A DNA stretch of 64,000 nucleotides from an uncultured Acidobacteriota bacterium (GTDB lineage: Bacteria > Acidobacteriota > Vicinamibacteria > Vicinamibacterales > UBA2999): the NCBI GenBank assembly GCA_963802675.1, contig CAWDJL010000006.1, forward strand, positions 322,015 through 386,014. Reading direction: 5' to 3'. Shown here in pieces: positions 41,221-49,602 of this stretch (positions within the stretch are counted from its first letter, which is position 1; each line of letters starts with the position of its first letter). The notes beneath the pieces were generated by a model. It searched no databases. It was not told the DNA's origin and saw only the letters and a list, made by a program, of their open reading frames with translations. The translations under genes and the position numbers were made by a program.

Positions 41221-41376
41221 GGCCTACGGTCCACGGTCCACGGTTCTCGATGGCAACTGAAAATGGAAAACGAAGCCACGAAGTCACGAAGTCACGAAGA
41301 AAACCTGCTTCGCTCCTTGGTGTCTTAGGGCCCTTCGTAGCAACCGTAGACCGTAGACCGTGCGACCGTGGACCGT
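41203..41376. repeat. nested composite hairpin: outer ACGGTCC-type heptamer arms, inner CACGAAG block
   Basis: The left arm at 41203-41244 is CCACGGC CTACGGT CCACGGC CTACGGT CCACGGT CCACGGT. The inner block at 41276-41299 is (YCACGAAG)x3, with partial CTTCG complements. The right arm at 41341-41376 (CAACCGTAGACCGTAGACCGTGCGACCGTGGACCGT) is complementary to the left arm. Confidence 0.9.
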
Positions 41377-41377
41377 T

Positions 41378-42229
41378 TTACCGCTTATTGATCCGCAAGC
41401 CGCCGTTCGTGGTTCGCACACGCACGGGAGCGCCGCCCGAGCCGAGCGTCGTGGTGATCCCCTGTCGCGGCGACAGCTCACCCTGGATTGTCATCGGGAA
41501 GTCGGTTCGGAAGCCTCCGTTGACCGTGCGGGTCGTCAGTTCAGCGTTATAGCCTTCGGGGATTGTGAGGTTGACGCCGCCGTTCGAGGTCTCGACGTCG
41601 AGCCCAACGCCCTCCCAGCGATCCCCGCTCAGGACGACGTCGACGCCGCCATTGCGTGTCTCCCCGCGAACGTCGCCGGCCACAGCGTTGAGACGCACAC
41701 CGCCGTTGGTGGTATCGAAGCGGAGGGTGCCGGACACGCCGACAATGCTCACGCCGCCGTTGTTGGCGTGAAGATCGAGATCGTTGCGGCGCGGAACGTT
41801 GATGCGGTAGCTGACCGACCACCACTGTCGCCGCTCGGCCGTGGGACCGACAGCCGTGACCTTGCCGCTGCCGACGTGGATCTGCACGGCGGACGCAAGC
41901 TGTTTGGCGTCCGTTTCGCTGCCGGCACTTGCCGTGACCACGGCTCTGACGCGGATCTCATTGCGATCCCAGCCTTCGACCTGGATGCCGCCGTTGCGAC
42001 CGGCGTCAACCGTCAGCGGGCCGGCTGCCATCGATTCCTCACGCACCTCGCAGGTCCGGTAGTGGTCGTCGTCCCACCCCGAGTCTCGGCACGGGTCTTG
42101 GTTGAACGATATTCGCTCGCGATCCTGGCTTCGATCGCTACGTGACTGAGCCGTGGGTGTCGCGGCGACGAGCAGCGCGCCGACCAGGCCAAGGGTGAAA
42201 GCAACACGAAAATTCATGAGAAGCTCCAA
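41378..42229 (-). CDS. DUF4097-like beta-strand-repeat protein (putative adhesin fold) with a signal peptide
   Basis: Signal MNFRVAFTLGLVGALLVAATPTAQS; repeated NGG(V/I/L) strand motif (NGGIQV, NGGVSI, NGGVRL, NGGVDV, NGGVNL, NGGFRT, NGGLRI). Confidence 0.8.
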   Translation of the reverse strand: MELLMNFRVAFTLGLVGALLVAATPTAQSRSDRSQDRERISFNQDPCRDSGWDDDHYRTCEVREESMAAGPLTVDAGRNGGIQVEGWDRNEIRVRAVVTASAGSETDAKQLASAVQIHVGSGKVTAVGPTAERRQWWSVSYRINVPRRNDLDLHANNGGVSIVGVSGTLRFDTTNGGVRLNAVAGDVRGETRNGGVDVVLSGDRWEGVGLDVETSNGGVNLTIPEGYNAELTTRTVNGGFRTDFPMTIQGELSPRQGITTTLGSGGAPVRVRTTNGGLRINKR

Positions 42230-42265
42230 GTCCTTGGACGGAAGCCAGGGTCCGGGCGTTGGTTG

Positions 42266-43108
42266 TCAGCCCGTTTCGATGGGACGGTCGGGATCGGCGC
42301 TCCATTCGCTCCATGAGCCGGGGTAGAGTCGGGCGCCGTGCAGGCCGGCGTGCTCCAGGGCCAGCAGGTTGTGACAGGCCGTCACTCCTGAACCGCAGTA
42401 GACGACCGCGTCGGGGACCGACGCGCTTCCGAGAGTGTTCAGCCACTCGGCTCGCAGCTCATCCGCCGCCTTGAATGTCTTCTCGTCGGTCAGGTTGCTC
42501 TGAAAGAAGTGATTCCGGGCGCCTGGAATGTGGCCCGCGACTCGGTCCAGCGTCTCGCTTTCGCCTCGAAAGCGCGCCGCGGCTCTCGCGTCGATGAGCA
42601 CTCGACTTCGGTCGCCGAGCCGCGCGGCCACCTCGTCGACATCGACCTGCCAATTCGCTCGCGGCCGGCCCGCGAAGGTCGTCGAGGGCCCGACTTCGCG
42701 CCCGCCGCTGACGTTGTGCCCGGCGCGGACCCAGGCGGCCAACCCTCCGTCAAGCACGGCCGCGGGATCGTGACCCATGAAGCGCAACATCCACCAGAGG
42801 CGCGCCGCGTACATGCCGCTGTCGGCGTCGTAGGCCACCACCTGCACACCGGGCCCGATGCCAAGCGCCCCAAACCGCTCTTCCATCTGCGCCGGGGTGG
42901 GGAGGGGATGCCGGCCGTTCTTGCCTGTCTTCGTGCCTGCCAGGTCGCGATCGAGATGCGCGTAGCGCGCGCCAGGGATGTGCGATTCGAGGTAGAGCTG
43001 CTCGCCTCGGGCAGGATCGGTGAGATCGAACCGACAGTCGACGATCACCCAGTCAGGCTCCGCGAGATGTTGTGACAGGGTGGCAGGATCGATGAGAGTT
43101 TTGAACAT
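42266..43108 (-). CDS. thiosulfate/3-mercaptopyruvate sulfurtransferase (tandem rhodanese, SseA-like)
   Basis: Start is ATG 43108 (MFKTLIDPATLSQHL..IVDCRF..SHIPGA). The active-site loop is YCGSGVTACH. Confidence 0.9.
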   Translation of the reverse strand: MFKTLIDPATLSQHLAEPDWVIVDCRFDLTDPARGEQLYLESHIPGARYAHLDRDLAGTKTGKNGRHPLPTPAQMEERFGALGIGPGVQVVAYDADSGMYAARLWWMLRFMGHDPAAVLDGGLAAWVRAGHNVSGGREVGPSTTFAGRPRANWQVDVDEVAARLGDRSRVLIDARAAARFRGESETLDRVAGHIPGARNHFFQSNLTDEKTFKAADELRAEWLNTLGSASVPDAVVYCGSGVTACHNLLALEHAGLHGARLYPGSWSEWSADPDRPIETG

Positions 43109-43135
43109 ACAGTCCGGGTCATGGCAACAACGGGA

Positions 43136-43275
43136 GCACGGAACCACGGAACCGTAGCCACGAAGGGCACGAAGGCACGAAGGTTATTTCGATTTTGTCT
43201 TCGTGGTTTTCGTGTTCTTCGTGGCTGCGTTCCTGACGCGTAGTCCCGTGCTTCTGTGCTTCTGCGCTTCTGCGC
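43136..43275. repeat. composite hairpin with CACGAAG(G) arms plus a (YGCTTCTG)x3 block
   Basis: Left arm 43136-43183: ..CCACGAAGGGCACGAAGGCACGAAGG. Loop: TTATTTCGATTTTGT. Right arm 43199-43233: CTTCGTGGTTTTCGTGTTCTTCGTGG... The octamer block is at 43249-43275. Confidence 0.9.
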
Positions 43276-44488
43276 CCAGCTTCTTTGGCAACGCTCGTAC
43301 CAGCTGATGTAAGAACAACCCCACATCCGTCACGATCCCGATCGTCTGCGTCGACCCGCGGTCTGACAACTTCGTGACGACCGCCGGGTTGATATCGACA
43401 CACACGACCTTCACCCACGACGGCAGCAGGTTGCCGACGCCTATGCTGTGGAGCATTGACGACAGCATGATGACCATCTCCACACCGGCGAGCGCATCCG
43501 CGTAAGCATCCTGCGCCGCGACGAGATCCATCATCGTTTCGGGCAGCGGACCGTCATCTCGGATCGACCCGGCGAGGAGGTAGCGAACGCCGTGCGTGTG
43601 ACACGCGTGCATGACCCCGGACGTCAGGACACCGGCCTCGACCGCCTTGGCAATGCCGCCGGCTCGCCTCACCGTATTGATCGCGCGCATGTGGTTGCGA
43701 TGGCCGTGCTCGACCGGATGGCCCGTGCTCAAATCGATTCCGAGCGACGTGCCCGACAACGCGAACTCGATGTCATGCACGGCGAGGGCGTTGCCCGACA
43801 GCAGGAGGTCGACATACCCGCGCCGGATCAGTTCGCAAAAGTAGTCTGCGCCGCCGGTATGAATCAGGACGGGACCGGCGACAAACGCAATCGGGCCGCC
43901 GTGCTCCCGCGTTTCGCGCATCAAAGCGGCCACGCGCGCCACCGCGGTCTCAACGCGGCGCTCCGACGACACTTCGTTGCTCATGAAGCCGAAGGTGGGC
44001 CGATCGCGCGACTGCACGTCGGGCATCACGCGCACACCATGCATGCCGCACACGACCTGTTCCCCCCTTCGCAGATCGCGAAGTTTGCGGCACGAGGCCC
44101 GGCCGTCAGCGACGACGATCGCAGCATCCATGCGTTGCTGCTCGACCGGCCCCCACTGCCCCGCCAGCCGAACCTCGGTCCGATGGTTGGTCGTCGAGTA
44201 GAAGTCCTCTGGCGCCGCACCCTCGATGTCCACCGCTCGGAGGACGGCGTCGGGCAGACTCCGCACATAGCACCCATAGGGCGATAGTTTCTCCAGCAGG
44301 TGGTCGAGGGACTCGCGGTTGTGGGCGCTGACCTTGATCGTCAGCCGGGAGGCGTCTTCGTTGGTGCGGCCAACGTCGAAGTGCTCAATCTCGTAGCTCG
44401 CGCCATGCTCGACGATGGTCGTCAGAATGGCTTGAAGGTCACCTGAGTCGATCAGGTGACCTCGAGCTTCGACCGTTTCAGCAGGCAT
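43184..44488 (-). CDS. LOR/SDH bifunctional-enzyme conserved-domain protein (TIGR00300-like; ornithine cyclodeaminase / arginine-dihydrolase-C-domain-like)
   Basis: Start is ATG 44488 (MPAETVEARGHLIDSGDLQAIL). GPVLIHTGGADYF..LLSGNALAVHDIE..HGHRNHMRAIN. The last ~30 codons (..AEAQKHRSTGLRVRNAATKNTKTTKTKSK) are read out of the repeat element. Confidence 0.75.
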   Translation of the reverse strand: MPAETVEARGHLIDSGDLQAILTTIVEHGASYEIEHFDVGRTNEDASRLTIKVSAHNRESLDHLLEKLSPYGCYVRSLPDAVLRAVDIEGAAPEDFYSTTNHRTEVRLAGQWGPVEQQRMDAAIVVADGRASCRKLRDLRRGEQVVCGMHGVRVMPDVQSRDRPTFGFMSNEVSSERRVETAVARVAALMRETREHGGPIAFVAGPVLIHTGGADYFCELIRRGYVDLLLSGNALAVHDIEFALSGTSLGIDLSTGHPVEHGHRNHMRAINTVRRAGGIAKAVEAGVLTSGVMHACHTHGVRYLLAGSIRDDGPLPETMMDLVAAQDAYADALAGVEMVIMLSSMLHSIGVGNLLPSWVKVVCVDINPAVVTKLSDRGSTQTIGIVTDVGLFLHQLVRALPKKLGAEAQKHRSTGLRVRNAATKNTKTTKTKSK

Positions 44489-44519
44489 CGCATCAGGGAG
44501 CGACCCGCCGTGTGCTTTG

Positions 44520-44556
44520 AACTGGCCCACTGGCCACCGACCACTGGTCACTGGGC
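44520..44556. repeat. heptamer tandem block AACTGGC CCACTGG CCACCGA CCACTGG TCACTGG
   Basis: Read directly between the htpX stop and the LOR/SDH start. It is the inverted partner of 40446-40473. Confidence 0.9.
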
Positions 44557-44565
44557 CCTGCGAAG

Positions 44566-45438
44566 TTAGCGACCCTCGAGCGCGCGGATGCGATCCTCGA
44601 GCGGGGGGTGCGTCGAGATGAGGGCCATCATGCGCGACCCGCTGATCTTGAGTGTCGCCAGTGCCGGCTCACTGTTGTCAACCAGTTGCTTGGTGCCCTG
44701 CAGCCGGCGCAGGGCGGCGATCATGTTGCCCCGCCCCGCGAGTGACGCGCCTCCCGCGTCGGCCCGGAACTCGCGCGCTCGCGAGAACCACGCGACCACC
44801 ATCATCCCCAGGAACCCCAGGAGGATATCCAACATGATCGTCACCAGGAAACTCAGCATGTAGGCGAATCGTTCGTCGGCCGTCTGCCGGACGATCGAAC
44901 CGACAATGCGCGCCAGGAACAGGACGAATGCGTTGACGACACCCTGGATCAGCGTCATGGTGACCATGTCGCCGTTCTGGATATGCGCGACTTCGTGGGC
45001 GAGGACGCCCTCGACTTCCTCGGCCTTCATCGTACGCAGCAAGCCGCTGGACACCGCGACGAGGCTGCGGCTCTTGCTCGGCCCGGTCGCAAAGGCGTTG
45101 ACTTCGGGCGAGTCGTAGACACCGACCTCGGGCATCGGCAACTGCGCTTGCTGCGCGAGGCGAGCGACCGTTCGATATAACCAGTCGAGCTCCGGCCGTC
45201 CTGTCTGCCCGTCCACGAGCTGGACACCCATGGCGCGCTTGGCCATCCACCGCGAGATCAGCAACGACACGAAGGCGCCGCCCATGCCCCAGACAAAGCA
45301 GAAGACCATCAGCGCGCCGTAGTCGACGCCCCCGCCCGGGAGGATGTAGCCGGACACTCCCAGCAGCCCCAGGACGATCGAGAGCGTCACCATGATGGCG
45401 AGGTTGGTGACGACGAACAGCATTACCCGCTTGGCCAT
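44566..45438 (-). CDS. htpX: membrane zinc protease HtpX (M48)
   Basis: Start is ATG 45438 (MAKRVMLFVVTNLAIMV). HEVAHIQNGD is the HExxH motif; four TM segments; C-terminus THPPLEDRI. Confidence 0.95.
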   Translation of the reverse strand: MAKRVMLFVVTNLAIMVTLSIVLGLLGVSGYILPGGGVDYGALMVFCFVWGMGGAFVSLLISRWMAKRAMGVQLVDGQTGRPELDWLYRTVARLAQQAQLPMPEVGVYDSPEVNAFATGPSKSRSLVAVSSGLLRTMKAEEVEGVLAHEVAHIQNGDMVTMTLIQGVVNAFVLFLARIVGSIVRQTADERFAYMLSFLVTIMLDILLGFLGMMVVAWFSRAREFRADAGGASLAGRGNMIAALRRLQGTKQLVDNSEPALATLKISGSRMMALISTHPPLEDRIRALEGR

Positions 45439-45575
45439 ACGATCAGCATAGCAAAACTGCAAAATCCGGGGTGCCGGGTGCCAGTTCTGAACTTCGGTGT
45501 TCGTAATGCTACGATTTCGCCCGTGTCGGTCTTCAAACGCGGCACCCCGACGCATGTCCACGTCCGAACCCCCGT

Positions 45576-45647
45576 GATGATCCTGGTGGTCGGGTTGCTG
45601 GTGGTGTTACTGTCCGCCGTCTGTTACTACCGCGTTGGCGCACTGTA
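45576..45647 (+). CDS. candidate small hydrophobic ORF (23 aa; 31 aa if joined to ATG 45553 across a C5 run)
   Basis: MILVVGLLVVLLSAVCYYRVGAL*, ending 11 nt before the ATP-grasp ATG. There is no RBS or homology evidence, so this is speculative. Confidence 0.2.
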
Positions 45648-45658
45648 GGCACTGACAT

Positions 45659-46858
45659 ATGCCCCTGACCCTCCTGTGCCTCGCGTCGTATCACAAGGGC
45701 TTCGAGTTCCTCCGCGAGGCCAAACGGCAGGGGTGCCGTGTGCTGCTCGTGACGTCCAGCAGCTTGCGCGACGCCGAGTGGCCGCGCGACAGTCTGGATG
45801 ACATCTATTACATCAACGACGACAAGAAGCGCTGGAAGATGGAAGACCTCATCCTGGGTGCATCGCATCTCGCGCGCAAGGCCACGATCGACCGCATCGT
45901 CCCGCTGGACGACTTCGATCTCGAAAAGGCCTCGGCGCTGCGTGAGCATTTGCGCGTGCCGGGGATGGGCGAAACGACCATGCGGCATTTTCGAGACAAG
46001 CTCGCGATGCGCGTCAAGGCGCAGGACGATGGGCTGCCAGTGCCGGCGTTCGTGCACGTGTTGAACGAGGAGCGCATGCGCGAGTTCTGTCGTCGCGTGC
46101 CGCCGCCCTGGTTCCTGAAGCCGCGGCATCAGGCGGGTGCGATTGGGATCCGCAAGATCGACGACGAAGCCCGGATGTGGGAGGTCACCGACGGGCTGGG
46201 CGATGAGCGCTCCTACTTCCTGCTCGAAGAGTATGTCGCTGGCGATGTGTTCCATGTCGACTCGATCGTGTACGAGCGCCAGGTCCGCGCCGCCATCCCG
46301 AGTCAATACGGCACGCCACCGTTCGACGTGTCGCATGGCGGGGGTGTCTTCACCACCCGCCTGATCCCACGCGACTCGCACGAAGCCGCCGAACTGCTCG
46401 CCCTGAACGGGCGTGTGTTGACCTCCCTAGGCCTCGTTCGTGGTGTCTCTCACAGCGAGTACATTCGCGGTCGCGATGGACGGCTCGTGTTTCTCGAGAC
46501 TTCGGCGCGAGTCGGTGGAGCGCACATCGCGGAGCTGATCGAGGCCGCCACCGGCGTCAACATGTGGGCCGAGTGGGCCAAGATCGAGGTGGCCGGGGGC
46601 CGTGAGCCTTACGCCGTGCCTGCGATGCGCACGGATTATGCCGGCTTGATCGTCTCGCTGGCGCGCCAGGATGCTCCCGACCTGAACGCCTATGTGGACC
46701 CCGAAATCGTGTGGCGGCTGGAGAAGCCGAACCACGCCGGTCTCATCGTGCGATCCCCCACAGTGGCTCGCGTAAATGAGCTGTTGGCCAGCTACTCCGA
46801 GCGTTTCAAACAGGACTTCATGGCCACCTTGCCGGCAGCGCTCACGCCGTTTGATTGA
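45659..46858 (+). CDS. ATP-grasp domain enzyme (ligase), substrate unknown
   Basis: 399-aa ORF with DKLAMRVKAQDDGLPVP..WFLKPRHQAGAIGIRKI..LLEEYVAGDVFHVDS..LETSARVGGAHI, the ATP-grasp layout. Confidence 0.75.
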   Translation: MPLTLLCLASYHKGFEFLREAKRQGCRVLLVTSSSLRDAEWPRDSLDDIYYINDDKKRWKMEDLILGASHLARKATIDRIVPLDDFDLEKASALREHLRVPGMGETTMRHFRDKLAMRVKAQDDGLPVPAFVHVLNEERMREFCRRVPPPWFLKPRHQAGAIGIRKIDDEARMWEVTDGLGDERSYFLLEEYVAGDVFHVDSIVYERQVRAAIPSQYGTPPFDVSHGGGVFTTRLIPRDSHEAAELLALNGRVLTSLGLVRGVSHSEYIRGRDGRLVFLETSARVGGAHIAELIEAATGVNMWAEWAKIEVAGGREPYAVPAMRTDYAGLIVSLARQDAPDLNAYVDPEIVWRLEKPNHAGLIVRSPTVARVNELLASYSERFKQDFMATLPAALTPFD

Positions 46859-46863
46859 TCGGC

Positions 46864-46912
46864 AGCCGGCCACCGGCCACCGGTCACCGGCAACTGGTCA
46901 CCGGCCACCGGC
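46864..46912. repeat. heptamer tandem block (CACCGGY)x7
   Basis: CAGCCGG CCACCGG CCACCGG TCACCGG CAACTGG TCACCGG CCACCGG C, starting 6 nt after the stop at 46858. Confidence 0.9.
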
Positions 46913-46944
46913 CAGAACGAACCGTCCAGCGTAATATCAGAATC

Positions 46945-48195
46945 ATGCGCACGTTGATTGTCTTGGCAGCCGTCACGATGAGCCTGTTGTCGCTCCCGAT
47001 CAGCTCGGGCGTCGTGGTCACAGGATTTGCGCAGTCGGTGGACTGGTTCCAGTGGCGGGGCCCGAATCGTGACGGCCACTCGGCTGAAATCGGGCTGCTC
47101 GAGGAGTGGCCGTCCGGCGGACCCAGGGAAATCTGGCGTGCAACGGGAGCCGGAACCGGTTTTTCCTCGTTCTCGGCGTCGAACAACCGACTGTTCACCT
47201 TGGGGGCGCGCGCTAACGTCGAGTACGTCATTGCGTTCGACGCGACGAACGGCAACCGCTTGTGGGAAGTGCCGAACGGGCAACGCTTCCGCAACGATAT
47301 GGGCGACGGACCGCGGAGCACGCCGACCGTGGACGGCGATCGTGTCTATGCCTTTGGCGGTACGGGCGAGCTCGTCTGTCTCGAGGCCGCGAGCGGAAAG
47401 AAGTTGTGGTCGTTGAACGTGGTGAACCAGTTCGGTGGCAACACACCGTACTGGGGCTACAGCGAATCGCCGCTCATCGTCGGTGACCGCATCATCCTGA
47501 ACGCCGGCGGCCGGCGAGCGTCGATCGTCGCCATCAACAAGCTGAATGGCCAAACGATCTGGCAGCAACACAACGACGATGCGGGGTATTCGTCGCCGAT
47601 GCTGTTGCGAACGGGAAGTTTGCAGCAGGTGGTGTTTTTCACCGGACAGCGTGGCCTGGCCGTGGACCCTCGCGACGGGCGCCTGCTGTGGAGTTACAAC
47701 CGCGCATCGAACAGCACCGCCAACATTGCCACCCCCATCGTCCGCGGCAATCGCGTGTTCTTTTCATCCGACTACGGTACGGGAGCCGCGCTCGTCGAAG
47801 TGCGTGCGGCGGGCAATATCGCGTCGGCGCAAGAGGTTTACTTCACCCGCGACATGCGGAACCACCACGCGTCGTCTGTCGTCGTCGGTGATCACATCTA
47901 CGGGTTTTCGAGCAGCATCCTGACGGCGCTGAAATTCGATACCGGAGAAATGGCGTGGCGCAACCGCAGCGTCGGGAAGGGCTCGCTCATCTACGCGGAC
48001 GAGCGTTTGTATCTCTACAGCGAACAGGGCACGGTTGGCCTGGCCGAGGCCACACCCACCGAGTACCGCGAGCGCGGGCGCTTCAGCATCAAGGCCAGCG
48101 GTCCCCCGACGTGGAGCCACCCGATCATCACCGACGGCCGTCTGATCATCCGGGATCAGGACACCGTCTACGCGTACGACGTGAAGGCGAAGTAG
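46945..48195 (+). CDS. PQQ-like beta-propeller repeat protein with a signal peptide
   Basis: Start is ATG 46945 (MRTLIVLAAVTMSLLSLPISS). DWFQWRGPNRDGHS..GDGPRSTPTVDGDRVY..YSSPML, typical of the outer-membrane/BamB-like PQQ-propeller family. The 5' end of the track ORF lies in the heptamer block. Confidence 0.8.
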   Translation: MRTLIVLAAVTMSLLSLPISSGVVVTGFAQSVDWFQWRGPNRDGHSAEIGLLEEWPSGGPREIWRATGAGTGFSSFSASNNRLFTLGARANVEYVIAFDATNGNRLWEVPNGQRFRNDMGDGPRSTPTVDGDRVYAFGGTGELVCLEAASGKKLWSLNVVNQFGGNTPYWGYSESPLIVGDRIILNAGGRRASIVAINKLNGQTIWQQHNDDAGYSSPMLLRTGSLQQVVFFTGQRGLAVDPRDGRLLWSYNRASNSTANIATPIVRGNRVFFSSDYGTGAALVEVRAAGNIASAQEVYFTRDMRNHHASSVVVGDHIYGFSSSILTALKFDTGEMAWRNRSVGKGSLIYADERLYLYSEQGTVGLAEATPTEYRERGRFSIKASGPPTWSHPIITDGRLIIRDQDTVYAYDVKAK

Positions 48196-48244
48196 GCGGG
48201 TGGGGCGAGTAGGTCGGGACCCCACCTGCCCTACCCGCCCGACC
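48193..48244. repeat. imperfect GC-rich inverted repeat with 7-nt phasing between convergent genes
   Basis: TAGGCGGGTGGGG CGAGTAGGTCGGGA CCCCACCTGCCCTA CCCGCCCGACC. TAGGCGGGTGGGG pairs with CCCCACCTGCCCTA with mismatches. Confidence 0.7.
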
Positions 48245-48251
48245 AGACCAA

Positions 48252-48695
48252 CTACTTTCCCTCACTCGACGGCGGGACGATCTTGTTGATTCGCATATAG
48301 GTCACGAGATTGCCGTAGTGCTCGTAGTCGTGCGCGGTGTTGAACGCGAACACCATCGCGCGGGGGTTCATCCCGCCGAAGAACTTGACGCTCTCCATCG
48401 CCGTCTTGTCGTCCATTGCTGCCATCACCTTGTCACAATAGGCGAATGAATCCGCGAGGGCCTTCGAGAGCTGCGCCTTCGTGGTCATGGACTTCTCGGC
48501 ATTGGGCGGCGTCGCTTTGTCGCCGGACGCCGCGCCGCAGATCGCCGTGTTGGCGTCGGCGATGTGTCCCACGATTTGACCGAAGGTGCGGACGTCGGGC
48601 GTCGGTCTGAACTCCCAGATCGGTTCGGGGACCTTATCGGCAGTCTTCAGCAACACGCCCTTGACATTGCCGAACTGTGCCTTGACGGAGTCCAT
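48252..48695 (-). CDS. DinB-family (DinB_2) protein; probably starts at ATG 48771 with a signal peptide, separated by a frame break near 48731-48738
   Basis: FGQIVGHIADANT..NTAHDYEHYGNLVTYMR. Upstream, ATG 48771 has the RBS AAGGAG and reads MKRLLVAALATAVS. The DinB frame upstream of 48695 reads LAPSTVAAQSPL, and together these make a classic signal peptide. Confidence 0.8.
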   Translation of the reverse strand: MDSVKAQFGNVKGVLLKTADKVPEPIWEFRPTPDVRTFGQIVGHIADANTAICGAASGDKATPPNAEKSMTTKAQLSKALADSFAYCDKVMAAMDDKTAMESVKFFGGMNPRAMVFAFNTAHDYEHYGNLVTYMRINKIVPPSSEGK

Positions 48696-48860
48696 GAGTG
48701 GGCTTTGGGCAGCAACGGTCGAAGGGGCAAGAGACAGCCGTCGCGAGCGCGGCGACCAGCAGACGTTTCATAAGATGCTCCTTGAAGGGAAACTGATCCG
48801 ATACCTTACTTCGTTCGAGCACCGGAAAAGTATCACCGTCTCGCGCAGCCCTGGTGAGAC

Positions 48861-49592
48861 TTATGGGCCGGGTTCTGGGATGAACTTGTAGCCGACCCCG
48901 CGGACCGTCAGCACGTGCCGCGGCTTGGCCGGGTCTTCGTTGAGGAAGCGGCGTAGCCGCACGATGAAGTTGTCGATTGCGCGAGTATCGGTCTCTTCGT
49001 GCAGATTCCACACGTCTTCGAGGATCGCCTTCCGCGACACGGCCTTGCCCGCATTTTTCAGCAGGTAGCGGAGGAGTTCTGCCTCCATCAACGTCAGGTG
49101 ATACGGCATCGTCCCCACCCGCAGTTCGAGGGCCGACATGTCGAGCGTGTTGCCGGCGAAGGCGATGATATCGGCAGAGGTGGTCGGATTAGTTGAGCTT
49201 CGTTGATCCGTTGTCCGACTCCACGCGCTCCGGCGGAGCAGTCCACGGACACGTGCCAGCAGGATTTGCAACTCGAATGGTTTGGGCAGGTAGTCATCCG
49301 CGCCCGACTCGAATCCCTGAAGGACGTCCTCGGGCCGGCCGCGGGCTGTCAACATCAGAATCGGGATGAAGTCGCCGGATCGCCGCAGCTCGGTTGCGAC
49401 TTCGAAGCCGTCCCGCCCGGGAAGCATGACATCCAGCAACACCAGGTCGAACTGCCCGGGCTTGGCGCGCACCTGTTGCAGCGCTGCGTCACCGTCGCCG
49501 ATCACACTGACATCGTGACCGTCGGCTTCGAGATTGAACGACAAGCCCTGCGCGAGGTGATGTTCGTCTTCGACGACCAGAATGCGTGCCAT
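48861..49592 (-). CDS. OmpR/PhoB-family response regulator
   Basis: Start is ATG 49592: MARILVVEDEHHL..LLDVMLPGRDG..YLPKPF. The winged helix has TLMEAELLRYL..TVRGVGYKF. Confidence 0.9.
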   Translation of the reverse strand: MARILVVEDEHHLAQGLSFNLEADGHDVSVIGDGDAALQQVRAKPGQFDLVLLDVMLPGRDGFEVATELRRSGDFIPILMLTARGRPEDVLQGFESGADDYLPKPFELQILLARVRGLLRRSAWSRTTDQRSSTNPTTSADIIAFAGNTLDMSALELRVGTMPYHLTLMEAELLRYLLKNAGKAVSRKAILEDVWNLHEETDTRAIDNFIVRLRRFLNEDPAKPRHVLTVRGVGYKFIPEPGP

Positions 49593-49602
49593 GACGGGAA
49601 CG

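Noticed and set aside
45576-46858. A RiPP (graspetide-type) cluster made of the small ORF and the ATP-grasp enzyme.
   Set aside because: The peptide is a plain hydrophobic helix without the Thr/Ser plus Asp/Glu or Lys residues needed for ATP-grasp macrocyclisation. No protease or exporter gene is associated with it.
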